Assembly: GCA_951406725.2 (NCBI GenBank)
Contig: OX597829.1
Span: 21,452,001-21,516,000, forward strand
DNA from: Octopus vulgaris
Taxonomy: Eukaryota
Direction of reading: 5' to 3'
DNA length: 64,000 nucleotides
Shown in pieces: positions 1 through 13,169 of this stretch. A model generated the notes under the pieces. The model did not search any database, was not told the DNA's origin, and saw only the letters and a program-made list of their open reading frames with translations. Made by a program: the position numbers and the translations under genes. Positions within the stretch are counted from its first letter, which is position 1. Each line of letters begins with the position of its first letter.

Positions 1-333
1 TTCCGCTGAGGTTGACTTTGCCTTTCATCCTTTCGAGAGTCGATTAAATAAGTACCAGTTACGCACTGGGGTCGATATAATCGACTTAATCCGTTTGTCT
101 GTCCTTGTTCTCTCTGTGTTTAGTCCCTTGTGGGTAGTAAAGAAATAGGTATTTCATCTGCCGTTACGTTCTGAGTTCAAATTCTGCCAAGGTCGACTTT
201 GCCTTTCATCCTTTCGGGGGTCAATTAAATAAGTACCAGTTACGCACTGGGGTCGATATAATCAACTTAATCCGTTTGTCTGTCCTTGTTTGTCCTCTCT
301 GTGTTTAGCCCCTTGTGGGTAGTAAAGAAATAG
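1..333 (+). mobile_element. Two head-to-tail partial copies of SINE family A
   Basis: Core gaggtcgactttgcctttcatcctttcggggtcgattaaataagtaccagttacgcactggggtcgat... ending gtaaagaaatag occurs twice (about 1-150 and 151-333). B-box-like gagttcaaattc in copy 2. Confidence 0.85.
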
Positions 334-1066
334 GTAATGACAAGTGAAAACAGTGAGTGGATGTTATAGTAAGGTACTCTTTCACTTTCTCACAATATTT
401 TCAATTCAAATGATGACCAAATACAAAAGTTTAAGAATATATGTTTTACTGTTTTAAGACAATAAACATATACTGTTTGCATCTTTAGTTTGTCGTTGCA
501 TCTTCTTCCTTAACAAAAAAATAAAATCTCAAAACAACACTATTTCAAATTTTCAGAAAGTGAAAGAGCATAATACCAACTCTTTCGTAACAAACTCTCA
601 CTACACTCACTTGATCACATTGCACTGGGGCTGGTGAGAACTATAATATATTAGTGGATGTTGTATTAATAATTAACAGGCTAAGAATGAACAGGTATTA
701 TGTAAATCAAAGCTCTTCCAATTCCATTGCAGTACAACCTTGTGCATGAATGGTGCCCTATTCATATCTCTCATTATTGGTTGTATTCAGGCAGCATGCA
801 TAAGGGTACTAAAACAGGTCCATTACTGTTAGAATTATGGCTATATAATAAGGTACTGTTAGAGTCCTTTTCAACATGACAGATTACCATTTCCCCTTTC
901 AAGAAGAATTGTAAAACAGAAAATAAAGTGCAGAATAATAAATTTACTTGGTTATAGATATATGTTTTTTTATACTTATTTTCTCGGCATTTTTTTTTTT
1001 CATTCAAGATAAAGAATTAGTAAACTATTTAAGGAAAGAAGATAATACTATGAAGATCCAAAATGG

Positions 1067-1273
1067 TTGACCCTTTAGCATTTAAACTGACCAAATCTGG
1101 TCAAAATATTCTACCTGTTTTATGTTCATACTAACCAGATCCAACCTTTGCAACCTGTCCTTCAATGTCATTCTAAGAATAAAACTATCACATCATCAAA
1201 ATATCAAGTCTATCAGATAATGTATGACTAATTCAAAACATTTGATGTAGTAATTTGAATGCTGGAGGGTTAA
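1067..1273. mobile_element. piggyBac-type MITE
   Basis: ttga-CCCTTTAGCATT ... AATGCTGGAGGG-ttaa termini. Related copies near 15290-15510 and 27214-27414. Confidence 0.6.
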
Positions 1274-1763
1274 ATCAAGAACAGAAGAATATAGTATTAA
1301 AATATACAGAAAGATGAAAAAAGAGAAAAAAGCACACTAGCAGAAATGAGATCATTATCATCATCATCTTCATTTAACATCCCTTTTTCCATGCTGGCAT
1401 GGGTTAGATGGTTTGGCACGAACTGACAAACCAGAGGACTGTACCAGGTTCCAATGTCTACTTTGACATAGTTTCTGCAGCAAGATGCCTTTCCCTAATT
1501 CCAGCCACTTCCTAGAGTGTACTGGGTGCCTTTTTTTTTGTACAGTACCAGCATTGATGAGGTCACCAGGTACTCTCAAGACAAGACCCTTCCTCCCTCA
1601 ACTGAATGGGATATAGTATTGAAGGATTTGAAAGTATGATAGGTGGGGAAGGAGCAGGTGTTCTCCATAAAGTTGAATACCTAGCTTTCATATCAAGAAA
1701 GAAATTGAGAGAGATGTGAGGTCAAGGTACAAGGGGAATATAGAAAAGGGAGTAAGGGTAGAG

Positions 1764-2165
1764 CAGAGGTTCTCAACCAGGGTCCATATGGCTGTTGTGG
1801 GTCCAATTAAGATTTTGCTATTAAAATTTATCTACAATAAATTGGTTATACTTTAACAATACACAAAATATTTTCCTTTATTTTATAAAATTCCTAATAA
1901 TATTTATTTATAAAAATACAGTAAGATTTTTTTTATATATAGGAAGGGCATCCAGCTGTAGAAACACTGCCAGATAAGACTGGAGCCTGGTGCAGCCTTC
2001 TGGCTTCCCAGATCCCCGGTCGAACCGTCCAACCCATGCTAGCATGGAGAACGGACGTTAAACGATGATGATGATGATGATGATACAGTGACCAACTTTA
2101 GAGTTCCAGTAGAGTAAAATAGGAATCAACGGGGTCCATAGATAAAAAATGGTTGAGAACCACAG
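1764..2165. mobile_element. hAT/Charlie-type MITE with a nested RTE 3' tail (about 1940-2082)
   Basis: TIRs cagaggttctcaacc / ggttgagaaccacag. Imperfect 8-bp TSD gggtagag / ggacagag. Confidence 0.75.
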
Positions 2166-2247
2166 GGACAGAGGAGCAGAAAAGTAAGTACATTAAGTTA
2201 AAGGAATGATTGATGATTAGAGATGGGGTGGGATTGAGATACATTAT

Positions 2248-2476
2248 TTAACCCTTTTGTTACGGTATTAATTTTGAGATGCTCTGTGTTTCTTTCAATT
2301 AGTTTAAATATAACAAAGAATTTAGTAAAATAACTTAGTTATTATTAAGTTAGTGTTAGGAACATAAAATTGCGACTAAGGTTTGATGGAAGAATTTAAT
2401 TCAAAACTTATAAAAACAAGACGTTTGTACTCAGAGCCAGAGCCAGTTTCAGCCAGTTTGGTAATGAAAGGGTTAA
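2248..2476. mobile_element. piggyBac-type MITE
   Basis: TTAA-CCCTTTTGTTAC ... GTAATGAAAGGG-TTAA. A related partial copy starts near 21928. Confidence 0.7.
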
Positions 2477-3031
2477 TTATCAAGAAACTCCATAAATTTT
2501 GGATTAACTATCATAAAAATTAGTTTAAGAAGCAAATCAGCAGTCTACTTAATAAAGAATATCTGTAAGCATATTCTCAAAGAATATCTGTAAGCATTAG
2601 ATAAGTTCAAACTGTAAGCTATTTTTGCTAATTTTTCACTTTAATTCTTCTATTAAACAATGATTTTTAAAAAATTTTCTGTAAAAGATGTAACATTGGA
2701 GAAGGAATGTGTAAAAAGTAAAGATTTTTCTAATAAATATATTATGTGCAGACAGGTACAAGATGACATGTATTTTGAGAAGGTGGCAGGGATAGATATC
2801 TATAGAATTTCTATGAGGCAACCTGCTGCAAAACCATATCTATTGTTGGAACCAAGATACCAGCTAAATGGAAGGTGTCATAGTGTTGTAATGGTAGTAT
2901 TGGTTCTAAGATTGGAAGAAAAAGACCAGTAAAAACCATTGTCAAATAGATGAGAAGCTAGACATTAGATATACATTGGACAGAGGGAAGCTGAAAGTGA
3001 GTGATTGACCAATATTCAGTAATGAGAGAAT

Positions 3032-3209
3032 CATGCCCATCGCCAAAGAGGTGCAATGGATGGCACTGCCCCCTCACCATTCAATGATGCACCCTCAGAT
3101 TTACAGTGAAACATTGATTTCAAAACTCCACTTTAGCATTATTACAAAGTTGTGCCAACCTGAAATATTCTGAAGTGCCTCCAGGCACCAAAGTCTGGTG
3201 ATGGGCCTG
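3032..3209. mobile_element. Short TIR element (hAT-like MITE)
   Basis: catgcccatcgcca ... tggtgatgggcctg imperfect 14-bp terminal inverted repeats. Confidence 0.5.
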
Positions 3210-4162
3210 AAAAGGATCAGTAGTGTGAAATGTCTCTGATTGCAAAGCTATTTGTGAAACAAAATGCTGAGGAAATGTGTATATGGAAGTTGCTGAAATG
3301 GTAGAGAAAGTGCGACACTACTCCAAAAGGAAAACTTGATACTGAAAATGACAGTTAGTCTCACCCAGAAATGAGTTGATAGTTTCATAACCAATGAGCA
3401 GTCACTTTTCATCAAACATATATCTTTTAAGCTCCGTTCTTTGATTGAGTTCTGGGTTAAACACACCCAAGATTAAGTCTCTAACACAATTCTGGAAATG
3501 TTGGACAAGGCAGCAAGCTGACAAAATAGTTAGCACACCGGGAAAAATGCTTAGTGGCATTTTGCCTATCACTATGTACGTTCTGAGTTCAAATGCTACC
3601 GGAGTCAATAGAATCAGTATCAGTCAAGTACTATGGTCAATGTAATCAACTATCCACCTCCCGTGAAATTCCAGGCCTTGTGCCTATGGTAGAAAGGATT
3701 ATAATGTACATGGACTTCATCCAATGTACATTATGTACGTCCATGTTCATCCATGTACATGGTCAAAGGGATAATTTAGAAACCAGTATTTTGTGGTGCT
3801 ACATAAGGGAAAATGTTGAGTATTTTATGAGCAGCCCCTAATGGATTCAGAGAGTTTGGATTCATAGATTTTCTGATTTTGATGGAAGTTAGGATGGCAC
3901 AGATAGATATTTTTTTTATTTTTAGTTTGCAGAGATTTTTTTTTGTTTTTGCTATGAGCCAACAAATAAGTCTTTATAGTGGTTTCTCAACTTGTTTGAA
4001 ACAGCAGTCAAATTGCCTTATACCACATTGCCATCTTTAAAAAAGCAGAAACGCATAAAATAATGCAGTGCAAGTTAGGAAATATATCTTATGGAATGTT
4101 AACTTTTGCATTCCACAGAAGATTTAAGGTAAACATTAGTGATGATATTCTAGGGTATTCTT

Positions 4163-4388
4163 ATTTCTTATTTCTTTATTGCCCACAAGAAACTAAACAT
4201 GGATGGGACAAACAAAGGGATTAAGTTGATTTACATCGACCCCAGTGCATAACTGGTACTTTATTTACCCTGAAAGGATGAAAGGCAAAGTCAACCTCGG
4301 CGGAATTTGAACTCAGAACCTAGCAACAGATGAAATACCACTAAGCACTTCACACGGCATATTATCAATTCTGCCAACTCGCTGCCTT
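4163..4388 (-). mobile_element. SINE family A copy
   Basis: Reverse complement of the 1-333 family, including the 5' head (ggcagcgagttggcagaatt). Further copies near 3509-3702, 10957-11157 and 21740-21860. Confidence 0.8.
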
Positions 4389-7300
4389 TTCTAGGTATTG
4401 TAGGGTATTCTTGGAGTAACTGAGCAGTCTTTTTCAGATGCCTTTAGCTGAGAGACAATTGTCATAAGTACGGCCTGTGTAGAATCTATAAATTCATCCT
4501 GTGGCCAAACGTTGCTTAACAGCTGTCCTCACATATAGGAAAGATCAAACTGTGAGCCAAATCCATTGTGAAGTCTATTCTACCCATCCACCTACATTTG
4601 GCAGTTTTCCTGTGTCTGATGGCATTGTGAAAAGAGGTTGTAGGATAAATATAAAGAAAAAACTGGCATTATGTCAATCTAATCAAGGGGACAGCCTTCT
4701 CATGAAATTAACATGCAAGTGACTCCACAGACATGAAATGTATACCCTTAACATAGTTCTCAGGGAGATTCAGCATGATACAAAGTGTGACAAGGCCCTT
4801 CGAAATACAGGTGCTGCTCATTTTTACCAGCTGAGTGGAATAAAATAAACATGAAATAAAGTGTCTTGTCCAAGGAAATAACACACTACCAGGAATCAGA
4901 CTAGCAACCTTACGATTGTACACTGAATACCCTAAACAATGAGTTAAATGCCTTCACTGTATGATAAATAAGAGGACTGGAGAATTGTATTTTCTCTCTC
5001 ACCTATCCTTATCAACTTTTTCAAAAACCTCTTGGAGGAGAAGCTTAAGTACATGGAAGAGAGAGAGGTGTTTTTCCTTGCAATATTTTCTGAAAGATGG
5101 GCAAAATTTGGGCAAGGACATTCGGTTTTGGAATTCAAGGAAATACAGCTTTTGTATGAGAGTTCCATAGCTGGTCTAACTGGTTCATCCTCTTTTGAGA
5201 AGGAATTACTCAAGACTTGCAGAGAACATCTTTAAGATCAGATATAACTAACATGTACATTTAGCAGATTACTTAGATTAAGGTAGTAGTTTGTAAAAAT
5301 ATTTACTGTTCCCTGCAAGTTTTACTTTATTCTTCACAATGTAGATAACCTAAATCATTCTCTTAGACATGTCCCTTCCCATTCCTAAGAATCAAAGCTG
5401 ATACTATGAGCTTCCTAGGTAAGTCACATCCAGAGGTGCTACGAGAATACAAATGGAGAAAGGTCTAAAACAACTGGTAAAAGTCACCAACCTCCTCCAA
5501 TTGGAAGGCCAAGCTGCCTCCATTACCCAAAATTTCTGCAAGACTGCAATCTGAAACTACAAAAGATGTCTTCATGTATCACACAATCTTCAAGTAACTG
5601 ACACCTTAATTCCAGCAGTCTTTTTTGATCTCTATTAATACTGCATAATGCTCCTGTTCTCAAATCCTTTACTGTGATGGTTTTAACAGCAGTACTTACA
5701 TGGAATATGCTTTCAATTTGCTCTTCATTTTACTTCATCGAAATTCCTTCAAAATTTTCTTTCTCTAGTCAATTACCACTATCAATTGTTATAAGCATCT
5801 CCAGTCATATCAGACTTACAAGACCCTGACAATTTCATATCTATTAACTTCTAATACTGCTCTCCAATGATCATCCAAATACCATACTTTTCAATCTTTC
5901 TCTTCCCTAAAGGTATATCTTACATGCTTCAGAAATATACTACTCTCTGACCGTGGCATAGCTAATGGGGGTGCAAGGAAAGTGACAACTCCCACCGAGA
6001 GTAGTCACTTTTTTCAAAATTGGTGCCTTTTCAAAAATTTTTTTCAACTATTTAGTTAATTTGTGCGATAGAAGTTGAATCCCCACCCCTTTTTTTTGTC
6101 AATTGCATGTCCTTGTAAGGATTTTCTTAAGTCGTTACTATATTTGACCAATCACCTGTGTTTTTGAACTGTCTGCTCAATCTCCTGTGATGTATTGGTA
6201 ACCACTGACATCTAAAAAACCAACACATCTCAGAAATAAACAAAGCATTCGTTACCAATGACCTCTCTCAAAATTTCAGTCCTGTTCCCTCTTCAGTGAC
6301 TATCAACGGTGCATCTTATAAGGCTAGATCTATCAGAGACATGCTGTCTTATCGCTAATCAGAAATCTCAATCTTGAGAAGTTCATTGAAAGTAAAATCT
6401 TTATATTGAGCATCAACAAATTCTTTGATTGTATCTGGTGTGAGAATATCTAGTTGAGCTCCATATCTTGTGGATTTATCTGTCTTTAGTTTTTTTGTAC
6501 AGGAAACTGCCCATTATATTTCAGATTCCATTGTTATATCTCTCACACTCTTCCTTCTGTATTTTAACATATTTCTCCTTGCAATCAATACTGCTTTTCA
6601 CAAGAGGACAAATTTATATTATTTAAACTCAACCGAAGCAAGACTCGAGAACCTCACTACCTCCTCCTGGTCCAAAAAAAAAAAAAATTGTGGAGGGGGG
6701 GGTCTCTAATAAACCAGTCTCTCTAACCATTCAATATGGTTACACGCTCTGAGGCTCTCTCCTGGAGACCCACATTATTTATTACATAGCTTGACTATTA
6801 GTATTGGTCATTTTTTAGTACAAGAAAATACTTCAGCTTTGATCAGGTACTAATTCTTTACAAAGCACAAATAAAATCCTAAAGCGTATACCGGTTCCGA
6901 ATGCTTTATACATGCAAACATGTTCAACAGCATGTAAAGGGAGATTATCCACTAATTATCAAAACTAACACAGTTCAGTCGTTGATTCATAGACAAATTT
7001 TTCTCTTTTCCTATTCTGTCACTATGCAACAGCCACTGTTCCCCTTGTTAATTGCTTACCAGATTCTCGAAGCCCACTTGACATAATGTTCTCTAACCAA
7101 ATCCTTTCTTCGCAACATTCAAATATTTGTAATTTTTTCCCCTTGGGGACATCACTCAGCAGATATTACTGATGAATATCAGCTGTATTGATTTCACAGG
7201 CCTTGAAGAACCTCTGTTACCTCTCAATCAAACCCGAAATTTCAAGACATTGAAAAATGTGAATGATGCTCAATTCCATTAGATCTTTACCAAAATGCTT

Positions 7301-8452
7301 TCATAACTCAACTCATGCTTGTGTTTTCTTCAGTTTTAGATTAGTATTTTAATGCGGTTTTGTATTATACAGAGTGCGGCAGAAAGGTTGTTTTAATTTC
7401 AAAGGTTAGCAAAAAACAAACAAGAAGATGAATGAAAAAACTCTGTATTTCTATGAAATTCATTAAATGTCATTTTTTTTTTTTTTTCTGTTTCAGGTAG
7501 TACCCACCATGGAGAGCATCATGCATTTGTTAGAAATACAAAGTTTTTTCTTGTATCTTCATGTGTTTGTCTTTTATTAACCTTTAAAATTGGGGAAACC
7601 TTTCTGCTGCACCCTGCATATGTATCATATATACACGTGTTATATATGTAATAAAATAAAATAAATTGAGCGAAAAAAAAATAGGGTCATTTAAGCTAAG
7701 AGTTTATAACAAAATATCTAATTTCTTCCCAAATGTACCCTGTGTTTTTCTTTAGTAAAACATATTCCTTTTCGCTAAATTATTGTAAATTGTAACAATA
7801 ATGTACCTCTGACACTGTATAGCAAGCCTGTCAGATGTTGCACATAAAAAAACAGTAGAATGTTATTTATTTCTGTTCTCATTGCACTGCAGAATCATCA
7901 ACTTTGTATAGTAATTATTCTTAAATTCTTAACAAATTAAACTTTTTAAACTCATTATAGATTTAAATAACTATTATTGTCATATAAATGATGATAATCA
8001 ATAGTTTGTTCTTGTTTTTTATTTTTTTTTTTTTTTTTAGTTATAAATGCAAACTCGGGGTGGCTGACTGATTATATTTTTTGTAGTGCTATGATTTGGC
8101 TGACGAGGAACACCTTTTAAAACTTACCTGCAGTAAGTATCTCATTTGATGTTCTTTATTTGAATATCCTATTGATGTCATTCTTGCAGCATTGTTTGAA
8201 ATGAAAGTAACACCTGAACAAGTATATAGAATGCATACAGTATGTATATAGTATCACAACATATGCTTAATTTACAATATTCTTTTCTTTTTTCTTGATT
8301 GTTGATTTTCAAGGTTTTTATAATTGTCTGGATAAAGTTTACTTTTGGTCAAGATCCCTTTGGCAGTCTGCAACAATTGGAAATGCTTGGACAGTCGGTG
8401 AATGGATTATAACCTTGGTTGAAAAGTCAAGATACAGAGGTGGTATCTTTAA

Positions 8453-8832
8453 TCTTTTACTTGTTTCACTCATTAGATTGCAGCCATTCAGGGACAGTGC
8501 CTTGAATTTTTAGTCAAATGAATTGACCCCAATCCTTTCTCATTTTTTAAAACCTGTTACTTATTCAATTGGTCCCTTTTGCTGAATCACTAAATTACAG
8601 GGATGTAGACATACCAAAACCATTGTTTAAATAGTGGTGGAGGTCAAACACAGACACAGTGACATACACATATATACTATGAGCTACTTTCAACTTCTGT
8701 CCACCAAATCCACTCACAAGGCTTTGATCATCTCAAGGCTATAGTATAAGACACTTGCCCAAGGTGCCATCTAGTGGGACTGAACCCAGAACCATGAGGT
8801 TGGGAAGCAAGCTTCTTATCACACAGCTACCA
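8453..8832 (-). mobile_element. tRNA-derived SINE family B copy
   Basis: Reverse complement of the family with A/B-box head gctgtgtggtaag ... gggttcagtccc, core gcaccttgggcaagtgtctt, internal (TA/TG)n and gaaacaagtaaaaga tail. Confidence 0.8.
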
Positions 8833-9355
8833 CAAATTCATTACTCTACATCCACATTGACATATACATCATAAGCTGAGCATCATACAGCATGCTCCAA
8901 GATGAAGTTTTTTGTTGTATGAAGATGTTACAGTTTTCTACCATCCACTAGATTCCGAAGATAGCCACAGTAGAGACTAGCAAATTTCATTTGGTTAAAC
9001 AGCTATTATCTTTCCTCCATATTTATGGCCATTAAGATTTTTTTTTTACTATTGACCAACCAGTCTGTTTAAGAAATATAGTAGTTTTGTTTCTTTGTTG
9101 TTTAACTCCTAATTCAGACCTGACTTAAAGTTAACTCCATTCTTCAGTTAACTAAGGAATAGAGTCAAATGTTTAAAATAGAGTCGAATATTTAAAAATA
9201 TAACTCCTTTAATATTATTCATATTTCCCATTATGGATTTATAGCAAGTGGTTTTCTGATCAACCCTTTTAAATAGCAACTACAATAAATAAATAAATAA
9301 ATACATAAAACGCAATAAAAAAAATGTACATTTATATATATACATATATATATCG

Positions 9356-9617
9356 CCCCAACTGGCCTCGTGCCAGTGGCACGTAAAAAGCACCATCCGT
9401 TCGTGACCGTTTGCCAGCTCCGTCTGGCACCTGTGCGGGTGGCACGTAAAAAGCACCCACTACACTCACGGAGTGGTTGGCGTTAGGAAGGGCATCCAGC
9501 TGTAGAAACACTGCCAGATCAGACTGGGCCTGATGCAGCCTTCTGGCTTCACAGACCCCAGTTGAACCATCCAACCTATGCTAGCATGGAAAGCGGATGC
9601 TAAATGGTGATGATGAT
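9356..9617 (+). mobile_element. RTE LINE 3' UTR fragment
   Basis: Two structured repeat units, then ggcgttaggaagggcatccagctgtagaaac and a (GAT)n tail. Same sequence family as the UTR that follows the RT ORF at 60549-61010. Confidence 0.85.
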
Positions 9618-9784
9618 ATATATATATATATACACACACAAAATAGTTAAAATGAATAAAATACATAACTAAAAATTCTTCAAAGTATGGCCACTGTCTA
9701 ATGATTGAAACAGGTAAGAGATAAAAGAGAAATGAGAAATAAATGCAAAAATTGAATACCTCCGCTACCAAATAGTAAATCATA

Positions 9785-10243
9785 GGTGCAGGCACGGCTA
9801 TATGGTAAGAAGCTTGCTTCTGAACCACATTGTTTCGAGTTCAATCACACTACGTGGCACCTTGGGCAAGTGTTTTCTACAATAGCCTCGGGGCTTGTAA
9901 GTGGATTTGGTAGACATAAACTGAAAGAAGCCCATCACATATATATATATACATGTATATATACATGTATATATATGTATCTATATGTATATACTTATGT
10001 GTGTGTGTGTCTGTGTTTGCCTTCACACCTCATCCTACCATTGCTTGACAACCAATGTTGATGTGTTCACATCCCTCTTACTTAGCAGTTCAGCAAAAGA
10101 GACCAATACAATAAGTAATAGGTTTACATAGAATAAGTCTTGGATTCGATTTCTTCGACTAAAACTCCTTTAAAGTGGTGCTCCAGCATGGCCGCAATCA
10201 AATGACTGAAATAAGTAAAAGAATAAAAGAACAGAATAAAAGA
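9785..10243 (+). mobile_element. tRNA-derived SINE family B, full length
   Basis: Pol III A/B-box-like head, conserved core, internal microsatellite and aagtaaaagaataaaaga tail. Confidence 0.85.
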
Positions 10244-10706
10244 ATGTATTTATTTTTCACCTATTCTTATTTTTTATTTTGTTTATGTATTTCATTTATT
10301 TTAAATATTATATTTTACATAAATTATTTATTTTAATTATCTATTTCATTTAATTATTTTTTTTAATGTATTCATTTTTTATCCATTGGAATATTTTTAT
10401 TCTTTAAACTTATTTACTTCTATCTAGTTCAGTCTTTTTTTCTTCCTTTTTTTTTCTCTCCACCACTTTCTTGCTTGCTTTTTACTTCCTTCTCTAAATA
10501 CACATAAATTACCTCACCATGTGTCTATCTTCAGATATTTGATCATGGGAATAAAACATACCCATGATCATCCTTGTGCATCTGGATGCTTACCTAGATG
10601 TGCATAGAATATCCAATGAGGTGTTCCAAATAACTGCAATGGTGAAATGTACATAAGAATTTGATATTTATCCTGGGGTTTACCTTAATTTTCCACTATA
10701 TGTGTA

Positions 10707-10932
10707 TATTGGGTTGGTGCATAATTATTGCGGCTTTTTTTTAACAACATGTAACAGATACATCTTTAAATGATTATTCTGGAGCATATTCACCACCTAC
10801 TTCAATTACTGCTTCCCATTTGCTTGGCAGATGGTCAAACCATCATTTAAAGATTTTTTTGCTAAATATTATTGTTTTTGTTGAATAAAATTTGTTGAAA
10901 AAAAGCCGCAATAATTATGCACCAACCCAATA
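10707..10932. mobile_element. mariner-derived MITE
   Basis: TA + about 33-bp TIR ttgggttggtgcataattattgcggc(t)n / reverse complement + TA. Internal minus-strand remnant DHLPSKWEAVIEVGG resembles a mariner C-terminus. Confidence 0.9.
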
Positions 10933-11153
10933 TATATAAATATGGCTGAATTGTTTGCACACTGGGCGAAATGCTTAGTGGTATTTTGTCTGCCATTACA
11001 TTCTGAGTTGAAATTCCTCTGAGGTTGACTTTCATCCTCTCGGGGTCGATTAAATAAGTACCAGTTACATGCTGGGGGTCAATGTAATCGACTTAATCCC
11101 TTTGTCAGTCCTTGTGTGCCCCCTGTGTGTTTTGCCCCCAGTGGGCAATAAAG

Positions 11154-11192
<39 letters not shown>

Positions 11193-11364
11193 TATATAGA
11201 TATATATACACAAGTGTTACGGAATAGAGTAGGTAAGATCTAGGCTATATATGTTTTATAGTGGACAGAACTTCAGAAGTGGTAAAAATCCAAGCAAGTT
11301 GTATACCACCGGCTACTGTTCAGGCCAAGGATATCTTGGTTAAATATATATATATATATATTTA

Positions 11365-11663
11365 TACAGGGTGCATAAGGTATTTGAGGACATACCTTGT
11401 TTTGGTCATTGCTGCATTTTTTGCTAACTCTGAATAATTTTTCTTTCAGAAAATAATAATGGCAGACCTTCAGCTTACTCAAGAAATGAAGAGACATGCT
11501 GTTATTGTGGTTATAAAGACTGAGCATAGCAATTTAGAAATATCTTGGTTTTTAAAAGTTGCCAGATCTTTTGCCTACAAAGTTCGTAAGGAGTTAAAGA
11601 TTGAAGATGGAAAGGAATCACCAGTATCAGAGCATAAAAAGCATTCTAAATACTCTGAAATCA
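11365..11663 (+). mobile_element. Tc1/mariner-superfamily 5' fragment
   Basis: Starts TA-CAGGGTG. ORF 11459 (KRHAVIVVIKTEHSNLEISWFLKVARSFAYKVRKEL) resembles a transposase N-terminal HTH. Truncated. Confidence 0.55.
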
Positions 11664-11717
11664 CCACTCTACCCATCTATAGACATATTTATAATTTAAC
11701 CTAATGTACTTTCTAAA

Positions 11718-11841
11718 ATCTCTGATGAAGCCCAGAGAAACACCCAAGTACCTCAATTTCATCTACTAATTACTTCAGTCTACTGGAGGGATAAAGGTTG
11801 AATGAGGTATTTTTGCCTCTTGGCTGAAACAACTGTAAGAT
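11718..11841 (+). ncRNA. Type I hammerhead ribozyme-like fold with a long stem II, in a probable Penelope-like remnant
   Basis: atct-CTGATGA(11722-11728)-agcc...ggct-GAAA(11826-11829)-caact-GTA-agat. Stems I and II and a minimal stem III all pair. Confidence 0.65.
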
Positions 11842-12227
11842 ATTTTCCTAATTTCTATTCCTGTATGTTATATATTTTAATAATTACTGGTATCTTTATG
11901 TATTATATACGTAAAGCATACTATGTTATACATGTACGTATATTGTTATAATTGTCATTTTAGTAAATAAATAAATAAGTTGACATAATATAATGTCTAA
12001 AAGTTAATGAACTGCCTATTGATCCCCTCCATTTTCTTATTGCTCTATAAATTAATGGTGAAATATCTCTTTACCCTCACCCATTTAGTACACTCGGCAA
12101 TGTAATAAAAAACACTTTTGTATTAATAATTGGGTATTCTACTAGCAGTATATTAGATAGATACTATCCCTTAGTTGGTTGGATTCACAACCTCTAACTT
12201 TCTTGAAAATACATACATATATATATA

Positions 12228-12908
12228 TCATCATCGTTTAACATCTGCTTTCCATGCTAGCATGGGTTGGACGGTTCAACTGGGGTCTGGCAAGCCCGAA
12301 GGCTGCACCAGGCCAGTCAGATCTGGCAGTGTTTCTACAGCTGGATGCCCTTCCTAACGCCAACCACTCCGAGAGTGTAGTGGGTGATTTTATGTGCCAC
12401 CGACACAGGTGCCAGACGAGGCTGGCAGACGGTCACGCTCGGATGGTGTTTTTTATGTGCCACCGACACAGGTGCCAGACGAGGCTGGCAGACGGCCACG
12501 CTCGGATGGTGTTTTTTATGTGCCACCGACACAGGTGCCAGACGAGGCTGGCAGACGGCCACGCTCGGATGGTGTTTTCGGTGTTTTCTTACGTGCCACC
12601 GACACAGGTGCCAGACGAGGCTGGCGAACGGCTACGATCGGATGGTGTTTGTTACGTGCCCACAGCACGGAGGCCAGTCAATGTGGTACTGGCTACGGTC
12701 CGGTTCGGATGGTTTTCTTATGTGCCACCGGCACTGGTTTCCACAAGGATACAAATTCCATTGATGTTCATCTATTTTGATTTGATTCGATTTGACTTTC
12801 ACTTGCCTCAACAGGTCTTCACAAGTATCACAAGCAGGAAGGTATGCACAGGTGGACTGACTACGTCCCAGGTAGGGGCCATGGGTTATGGCTTCACTAG
12901 TCTTGCCG

Positions 12909-12910
<2 letters not shown>
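12228..12910 (-). mobile_element. RTE LINE 3' UTR copy with a tandem ~62-nt unit array
   Basis: Near-identical reverse complement of about 60998-61615, flanked by (TA)n. The overlapping ORFs at 12254-12976 are translations of the repeat. Confidence 0.9.
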
Positions 12911-12950
<40 letters not shown>

Positions 12951-12955
<5 letters not shown>

Positions 12956-13169
12956 GATTGGGCAAAAGTCACCTGACAGTAAATCAAAACTATTTAATTC
13001 TCAAGATTTATTTGTTTAACAACTGAATGAATTTAATAAAACTATCTCAATATGAAATATCATGAAAATTGTTCACATTGAAGTCCTTGGTGAGCGACAC
13101 CATTTTCAAAAAATGAATAAATAAAATTGAATATTTTGACATACTGTCGGGTGACCTTTTAGCCAACCC

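Noticed and set aside
774-1007. 77-aa minus-strand ORF as a host exon
   Set aside because: No recognisable protein motif or convincing paired splice sites.
5320-7280. Possible ancient minus-strand LINE remnant
   Set aside because: Composition suggests it, but I could not read convincing RT or endonuclease motifs. It needs a profile search.
12390-12740. CRISPR-like appearance of the ~62-nt array
   Set aside because: Units are whole tandem repeats without unique spacers, sit inside a eukaryotic LINE UTR, and no cas genes are present.
12254-12976. 240-aa ORF and overlapping repeat-containing ORFs (also 60955-61595)
   Set aside because: They are translations of the antisense RTE 3' UTR tandem array. 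Open in several frames, with no domain signature.
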